A stretch of DNA of 32,000 nucleotides from Mycolicibacterium smegmatis (GTDB lineage Bacteria; Actinomycetota; Actinomycetes; Mycobacteriales; Mycobacteriaceae): NCBI RefSeq assembly GCF_001457595.1, contig NZ_LN831039.1, forward strand, positions 780,001 through 812,000, written 5' to 3'. The notes beneath the pieces are model-generated. The model was not told the DNA's origin. It made no database searches and worked only from the letters and a program-made list of their open reading frames with translations. Numbering within the stretch: the stretch's first letter is position 1; each line of letters begins with the position of its first letter. A program made the position numbers and the translations under genes. Of this stretch, positions 26,976-32,000 are shown piece by piece.

Positions 26976-28211
26976 TCAGCGCGCCGGGGACGCGACAGAC
27001 GGTGTCGCCAGCACGGCGGCGATGCCCGTGGTCAACGGCACCGACAGGGCCAGCGCGATACCGCCGACGGCCGACCGGGCGACCTCGACGGCCACGTTCT
27101 CACTGGTCAGCACATCACCCAGCGACCGGTTGGCCACGCTGAACAGCAACAGCAGCGGCAACGCGCTGCCGGCGTAGGCGAGCACCAGGGTATAGACCGT
27201 GCTGGCGATGTGGTCGCGGCCCACGCGCATGGCGCCGACGAAGATGCTGCGGCGTGTGCCGCCCGCCTCGGCGAGTTCGAACACGGCCGAGGCCTGCGTG
27301 ACCGTGACGTCGTTGAGGACGCCGAGCGAGCCGATGATGAAGCCCGCGAGCAGCAGACCGGTGATGGACACATTGCCCATGTATGCCGCGACGTCATTGT
27401 TCTGGTCCTCGGCCAGACCCGTCAGGTGCGCCAATTCGATTGCCGCCCAGGACAGCAGGGCAGCCAGGAACAACGCTGTCAGGGTGCCCAGCAGGGCCGC
27501 GCTGGTCCGCAGGCTCACCCCGTGCGCCAGATAGATCACCGCGTAGAGGATCACGGCCGAGGCCACGAGTGACACCGGGACCGCCGAGGCGCCGTCGCGC
27601 AGCGCAGGGAGCAGGAACACCACCAGCACCCCGAACGCGACCACGATGCCGATCAGCGCGCGTAGACCACGCCAGCGCGCGACCGCCACGACCACCACCG
27701 CGAACACGGCCGCCAGCGCGATCAGCGGCCACGTCCGCTCGTAGTCGTAGAACGCGTAACTGGTCGCACCGCTCGCATCGACCTGGCGGCTCAACCGGAC
27801 GTCGTCGCCGGCGACCAGGTTCGGCTGACCCGGGCCGCCGCTGAACTCCAGCAGTGTCCTGGCGCCCTTGTTGGGGCCGGAATCGATGGCCACCAGGTTC
27901 TGCACGCACTGCCCGGCGTCGCCGGGCGACGACACCGGATCGGAGGTCAGCACCGCGCCCACCGAGGGACTGCCGCACGCGGTCAGCGTGCTGGACAGCA
28001 CGTGGCCGGTCTCGGTGGTCACTGCACCGCCCGCGGCGTTCTGGTACGGCAGGGGGATGTCGACCTTCTGCCGGCTCGGCCACAGCAGGGCAGCGCCCAC
28101 GATCACGACGACACCGATCGCCACCAGCAGACCGACCACGATCCTGGCGGCCAGCGGGCCGAGCGGGGACGGACCACTCAGCGAGTGCGAGTGGGAATGC
28201 GAATGCGCCAC
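26976..28211 (-). CDS. YibE/F family multi-pass membrane protein
   Basis: Multiple TM segments; ALLGTLTALFLAALLSWAAIE, GLLLAGFIIGSLGVLNDVTVTQASAVFEL is characteristic of YibE/F; 411 aa. Confidence 0.88.
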   Translation of the reverse strand: MAHSHSHSHSLSGPSPLGPLAARIVVGLLVAIGVVVIVGAALLWPSRQKVDIPLPYQNAAGGAVTTETGHVLSSTLTACGSPSVGAVLTSDPVSSPGDAGQCVQNLVAIDSGPNKGARTLLEFSGGPGQPNLVAGDDVRLSRQVDASGATSYAFYDYERTWPLIALAAVFAVVVVAVARWRGLRALIGIVVAFGVLVVFLLPALRDGASAVPVSLVASAVILYAVIYLAHGVSLRTSAALLGTLTALFLAALLSWAAIELAHLTGLAEDQNNDVAAYMGNVSITGLLLAGFIIGSLGVLNDVTVTQASAVFELAEAGGTRRSIFVGAMRVGRDHIASTVYTLVLAYAGSALPLLLLFSVANRSLGDVLTSENVAVEVARSAVGGIALALSVPLTTGIAAVLATPSVASPAR

Positions 28212-28229
28212 CGGGCCAGGGTAGAGGGG

Positions 28230-29504
28230 CTACTGACGGTAGCTCGCCAGGAAGTTCCCCAGCCGCTCGATCGCCGAGGCCAGATCGCGCGCCCACGGCA
28301 ACGTCACGATGCGCAGGTGATCGGGTGTGGGCCAGTTGAACCCGGTGCCCTGGGTCAGCAGGATCTTCTCCTGCAGCAGCAGGTCGAGGACCAGCTGCTC
28401 GTCGTCGTGGATGTCGTACACCTCGGGGTCCAACCGGGGGAACGCGTACAGCGCACCGCGCGGCTTCACGCACGACACCCCGGGGATCTCGTTGAGCTTC
28501 TCCCACGCCACGTCACGCTGTTCGAGCAGCCGCCCGCCGGGCAGCACCAACGCGTCGATGCTCTGGTGTCCGCCCAGGGCCACCTGGATGGCGTGCTGCG
28601 CGGGGACATTCGGGCACAGGCGCATGTTGGCCAGCAGGCTGATGCCCTCGATGAAACTGGTGGCGTGCTCCTTGGGGCCGGTGATCACCAGCCACCCCGA
28701 CCGGTAGCCGGCCACCCGGTAGGCCTTCGACAGCCCGTTGAAAGTCAAACAGAGTAGGTCAGGCGCCAACGTCGCCAGTGAGATGTGCTTGGCGTCGTCG
28801 TAGAGGATCTTGTCGTAGATCTCGTCGGCCAGCAGCAGCAGCTGATGTTTGCGCGCCAGGTCGACGATCTGCTCGAGGGTTTCGCGGCTGTACACCGCGC
28901 CCGTCGGGTTGTTCGGGTTGATCACCACGATCGCCTTGGTGCGTTCGGTGATCTTCGATTCGATGTCGGCGACGTCGGGGTTCCAGCCCTGCGTCTCGTC
29001 GCACAGGTAGTGCACCGGGGTGCCGCCGGCCAGCGAGGTCGACGCCGTCCACAGCGGGTAGTCGGGTGCCGGGATGAGCACCTGGTCGCCGTTGTCCAGC
29101 AGCGCCTGCAGCGTCATGGTGATGAGCTCGGAGACGCCGTTGCCCAGGTAGACGTCGTCGACGTCGAACTTGGGGAAGCCCTCGACCAGCTCGTAGCGCG
29201 TGAAAACGGCGCGCCGGGCGCTGAGGATTCCCTTGGAGTCTGAATAGCCCTGCGCGGTCGGCAGGGCCTGGATGATGTCCCGCATGATGACGTCGGGGGC
29301 CTCGAACCCGAACGGCGCGGGGTTGCCGATGTTCAGCTTGAGGATGCGATGCCCTTCAGCTTCCAGCCGTGAGGCGTGCTCGTGTACCGGCCCACGGATC
29401 TCGTACAGGACGTCCTGCAGCTTCGTGGACTGGGTGAACGTCCGCGGCTTCCGGTGTTCCCCGGTGCTCTGCCACGGCAACTGGTGGGTAGTCACGCGTT
29501 CCAT
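28230..29504 (-). CDS. Pyridoxal-phosphate aminotransferase, AspC/AlaA (alanine/aspartate aminotransferase) type
   Basis: NIGNPAPFGFEAP, AIVVINPNNPTGAVYS, LTFNGLSKAYRVAGYRSGW PLP lysine motif; start at 29504 or 29522. Confidence 0.93.
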   Translation of the reverse strand: MERVTTHQLPWQSTGEHRKPRTFTQSTKLQDVLYEIRGPVHEHASRLEAEGHRILKLNIGNPAPFGFEAPDVIMRDIIQALPTAQGYSDSKGILSARRAVFTRYELVEGFPKFDVDDVYLGNGVSELITMTLQALLDNGDQVLIPAPDYPLWTASTSLAGGTPVHYLCDETQGWNPDVADIESKITERTKAIVVINPNNPTGAVYSRETLEQIVDLARKHQLLLLADEIYDKILYDDAKHISLATLAPDLLCLTFNGLSKAYRVAGYRSGWLVITGPKEHATSFIEGISLLANMRLCPNVPAQHAIQVALGGHQSIDALVLPGGRLLEQRDVAWEKLNEIPGVSCVKPRGALYAFPRLDPEVYDIHDDEQLVLDLLLQEKILLTQGTGFNWPTPDHLRIVTLPWARDLASAIERLGNFLASYRQ

Positions 29505-29751
29505 GGTCTCATCGCTGTCCAATCAATTGAATTTGCCGACCATCGCATGCGCACGGGCGGACCAGACGTCGACCGTTCATTTCCCTTAACGAATCCAACC
29601 TGCCACGGGCATGCGAACCGGCTGTGTATCTGCTTGAGCAGCTCACTCCCGGCGCCTGCGCTGGGCCACGATTGCTCCCGAAAGATCGAGATGCTCCGAG
29701 TTTCCCCAGGTGAGGGGATACAAAGGCACCGAAACAACGAATGGACACAGC

Positions 29752-29988
29752 ATGAGTGAAGTGAAGAAGATCACGCGGTTCACCACGGGTGCGGCGCTGC
29801 TCGGCGGCACCGCCGCGGTGGCGTTCGGCATCATCGGGGCGACGATGGGCGCCAGTGCCGACCAGCCCTCCGTGGCGTCGGGCGGCGCCATGAAGGTCGG
29901 GGAAACCTCCACGGTGACCTACACCCCCGGAACCATCGCGCCCGTCGTCGCCAAGCCTGAGGTCAAGGCACCGCCCTACGGAGGCTGA
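29752..29988 (+). CDS. Small putative exported/membrane-anchored protein (78 aa)
   Basis: MSEVKKITRFTTGAALLGGTAAVAFGIIGATMGASADQPSVASGG...: N-terminal signal/anchor with AGA-like processing context, Pro/Lys-rich end. Confidence 0.65.
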   Translation: MSEVKKITRFTTGAALLGGTAAVAFGIIGATMGASADQPSVASGGAMKVGETSTVTYTPGTIAPVVAKPEVKAPPYGG

Positions 29989-30010
29989 CAAAGCTGATTT
30001 CCTTACCGAA

Positions 30011-30049
30011 AGAAGCGGCCCCCTCCTGAATCAGGAGGGGGCCGCTTCT
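30011..30049. terminator. Strong bidirectional hairpin terminator
   Basis: AGAAGCGGCCCCCTCCTGA (30011-30029) / TCAGGAGGGGGCCGCTTCT (30031-30049): perfect 19-bp inverted repeat with 1-nt centre between convergent genes. Confidence 0.85.
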
Positions 30050-30070
30050 CAACTACTCGACCACCGGCGG

Positions 30071-30784
30071 TCAGCGCTTACCGGGCCGCTTGGCGCCCGG
30101 CTTGATGCCGAGGCCCACCACGGGTGGTTCCGGCTTCGCGGGCTCAGCCGGCTTCTCGGCGGGCTTCTCGGGCTCCGCGGCCTGCTCGGCCGGCTTTTCG
30201 GCGGCGGGCGCCGGCGCAGCGGCAGGCTTGGCGGCCGCCTTCTTGGCACCCGGACGGCGAGCGCCCGCGGCGATGCCGAGGCCCACGACGGGCGGTTCGG
30301 GCTTGGCCGGCTCGGCCGGAGCCGCGGTTTCTGCCGGCGCCGGTGCCTCGGTCTCTGCGGCTGCGGGCTTTTCGGCCGGTGCGGCTGCGGTCTTCTTGGC
30401 GCCGGGACGCTTGGCGCCTGCCGCGAGACCCAGCCCCTTCACGGGCGCCGCCGGGGCTGCCGGGGTCGCCGACGCTTCCGGAGCCTCTGTGGCTGCGGGC
30501 TTTTCGGCCGGAGCAGCTGCCGCGGTCTTCTTGGCGCCGGGTCGCTTGGCGCCACCCGCGAGACCGAGCCCCTTGACCGGCGGAGCGTCCGAAGCCGGAG
30601 CAGCGGGTGCCTCGGCGGCCGGTGCGGCGGCCTTCTTCGCGCCGGGACGCTTGGCCCCGCCGGCCAGGCCCAGACCCTTGGCCGGGGCGGGCGCGGCGGC
30701 CGGTGCCGCAGACGCTTCCGCGGCAGGTGCGGCTTTCTTGGCGCCCGGACGCTTCGCGGCACCCGCCATGCCCAGGCCGGTGAC
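30071..30784 (-). repeat. Six imperfect protein-coding repeats with core GLGxAxGAKRPGAKK
   Basis: VTGLGMAGAAKRPGAKK / GLGLAGGAKRPGAKK / KGLGLAGGAKRPGAKK / KGLGLAAGAKRPGAKK / VGLGIAAGARRPGAKK / VGLGIKPGAKRPGKR, spaced by 15-40 aa of Ala/Pro/Glu-rich linker. Confidence 0.92.
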
Positions 30785-32000
30785 CGGCTTGGCCTCGGCC
30801 CCACCGGCTGCCGGGGCGGCCGGGGCCTCTGCTTCGGGTGCGGCTTCCTCGACCGGGGGAGCGGCCGCTTCCGCCTTCGCTTCGGCCTCTGCCCGGGCAG
30901 CGGCGCGCTTCTCCGATTCCTTTGCCGCCGTGCCCTTTTCGGGCAGCGTGACCTTGCTGGTGTCCAGCGAGTTCAGCAGCAGCTGGGCGACGTCGAGCAC
31001 CTCGGCCTTCTCGACGTTGCGGCTGGCCGCCACGTCGTCGACACCGTCGGTGATCATCACGCGGCAGAACGGGCAGCCGGTCGCGATGGTCGAGGCCGTG
31101 TCCATGGCCTCTTCGGTGCGTTCGACGTTGACGCGCTTGCCGATGTGCTCTTCCATCCACATACGCGCACCGCCGGCGCCACAGCACAGGCCGCGGTCAG
31201 CGTGGCGCGGCATTTCCTTCAGCGTCACACCGGAGGCCTCGACCAGCTCACGCGGGGCCTCGTAAACCTTGTTGTGGCGGCCCAGGAAGCACGGGTCGTG
31301 GTAGGTGACGGGCTGGCCGTTCTGCTCGCTGACCGACTTGACCGGAACCAGCTTCTTGTCGCGGACCAGCCGGTTGAGCAGCTGCGTGTGGTGCACGACG
31401 CTGTAGTTGGCACCCAGCTGCGGGTACTCACGGCCGATCGTGTTGAAGCAGTGCGGGCACGTCACCACGATCTTGCGGTCGACCGTCTCGACGCCTTCGA
31501 ACAGTTCGTTGATGGTCTCGACGTTCTGCGCGGCCAGCTGCTGGAACAGGAACTCGTTGCCCGAGCGGCGCGCCGAGTCGCCCGTGCAGGTCTCGCCGGT
31601 GCCCAGCACCAGGAACTTCACGCCCGCGGTGGCGAGCAGTTCGGCGACGGCCTTTGTGGTCTTCTTGGCGCGGTCCTCGTAGGCGCCGGCGCAGCCGACC
31701 CAGAAGAGGTACTCGAACCCGTCGAACGAGTCGACGTCCTCGCCGTAGACCGGCACGTCGAAGTCGACCTCGTCGATCCAGTTGGTGCGGTCCTTGGCGT
31801 TCTGGCCCCAGGGGTTGCCCTTGGTCTCCAGGTTCTTGAACAGCACGCCCAGCTCACCGGGGAACTCCGACTCGACCATGACCTGGTACCGGCGCATGTC
31901 GACGATGTGGTCGATGTGCTCGATGTCCACGGGGCACTGCTCGACGCACGCACCGCAGTTGGTGCAGGACCACAGCACGTCGGGATCGATCACGCCGCCC
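30071..32000 (-). CDS. (Fe-S)-binding oxidoreductase / heterodisulfide reductase-like protein (Rv0338c-like), N-terminus outside window
   Basis: WSCTNCGACVEQCPVDIEHIDHIVDMRR 4Fe-4S motif, CCG domain signatures (YHDPCFLGRHNKVYEAPRELV; RGLCCGAGGARMW), long Ala/Pro/Lys-rich repeat tail. Confidence 0.92.
   Translation of the reverse strand, partial: GGVIDPDVLWSCTNCGACVEQCPVDIEHIDHIVDMRRYQVMVESEFPGELGVLFKNLETKGNPWGQNAKDRTNWIDEVDFDVPVYGEDVDSFDGFEYLFWVGCAGAYEDRAKKTTKAVAELLATAGVKFLVLGTGETCTGDSARRSGNEFLFQQLAAQNVETINELFEGVETVDRKIVVTCPHCFNTIGREYPQLGANYSVVHHTQLLNRLVRDKKLVPVKSVSEQNGQPVTYHDPCFLGRHNKVYEAPRELVEASGVTLKEMPRHADRGLCCGAGGARMWMEEHIGKRVNVERTEEAMDTASTIATGCPFCRVMITDGVDDVAASRNVEKAEVLDVAQLLLNSLDTSKVTLPEKGTAAKESEKRAAARAEAEAKAEAAAPPVEEAAPEAEAPAAPAAGGAEAKPVTGLGMAGAAKRPGAKKAAPAAEASAAPAAAPAPAKGLGLAGGAKRPGAKKAAAPAAEAPAAPASDAPPVKGLGLAGGAKRPGAKKTAAAAPAEKPAATEAPEASATPAAPAAPVKGLGLAAGAKRPGAKKTAAAPAEKPAAAETEAPAPAETAAPAEPAKPEPPVVGLGIAAGARRPGAKKAAAKPAAAPAPAAEKPAEQAAEPEKPAEKPAEPAKPEPPVVGLGIKPGAKRPGKR

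Noticed and set aside
1-32000. Mobile elements, prophage, toxin-antitoxin, BGC or defence island
   Set aside because: No transposase, integrase, recombinase, phage structural protein, NRPS/PKS, nuclease-helicase or paired toxin-antitoxin ORFs were recognised on either strand.

Overview
High-GC actinobacterial (mycobacterial-type) chromosomal window. The gene order dcd - proline-rich protein - udgA and aminotransferase - Fe-S reductase resembles Mycolicibacterium smegmatis and relatives; this comes from remembered synteny, not a search. Left third: end of a class-III aminotransferase, a PotA-like ABC ATPase, a TetR regulator divergent from a phytoene-dehydrogenase-like flavoprotein, an NDP-forming acyl-CoA synthetase-like protein, a DAO-family oxidoreductase divergent from an acyl-CoA dehydrogenase, and a thioredoxin-reductase-like protein. 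Middle: Zn-alcohol dehydrogenase, GAF protein, secreted Pro/Ala-rich protein, L,D-transpeptidase, a P450/TetR divergent pair, tRNA-Gly(CCC), dcd, a DUF7159-like membrane protein with a very long Pro/Gly-rich tail, udgA, and a P450/mycothiol-type/NTF2 cluster. Right: a PaoABC-like molybdenum hydroxylase cluster with an interrupted large subunit, YibE/F, an AspC/AlaA-type aminotransferase, a small exported protein, and an Fe-S oxidoreductase with repeats in its C-terminus. No CRISPR array, transposase, phage or obvious defence system was found. Strongest leads: (1) a near-identical operator in two separate divergent intergenic regions, implying a multi-operon TetR regulon; (2) a 1-nt frame break, forming a GTGA overlap, inside the PaoC-like subunit; (3) a ~80-aa low-complexity insertion inside the YkuD region of an L,D-transpeptidase with an atypical SHGCIG motif; (4) six GLGxAxGAKRPGAKK repeats; (5) several strong U-tract-less hairpins, some overlapping stop codons; (6) a palindrome-rich 292-bp intergenic region upstream of the DUF7159-like gene. 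I cannot claim a proven undescribed system from sequence alone.
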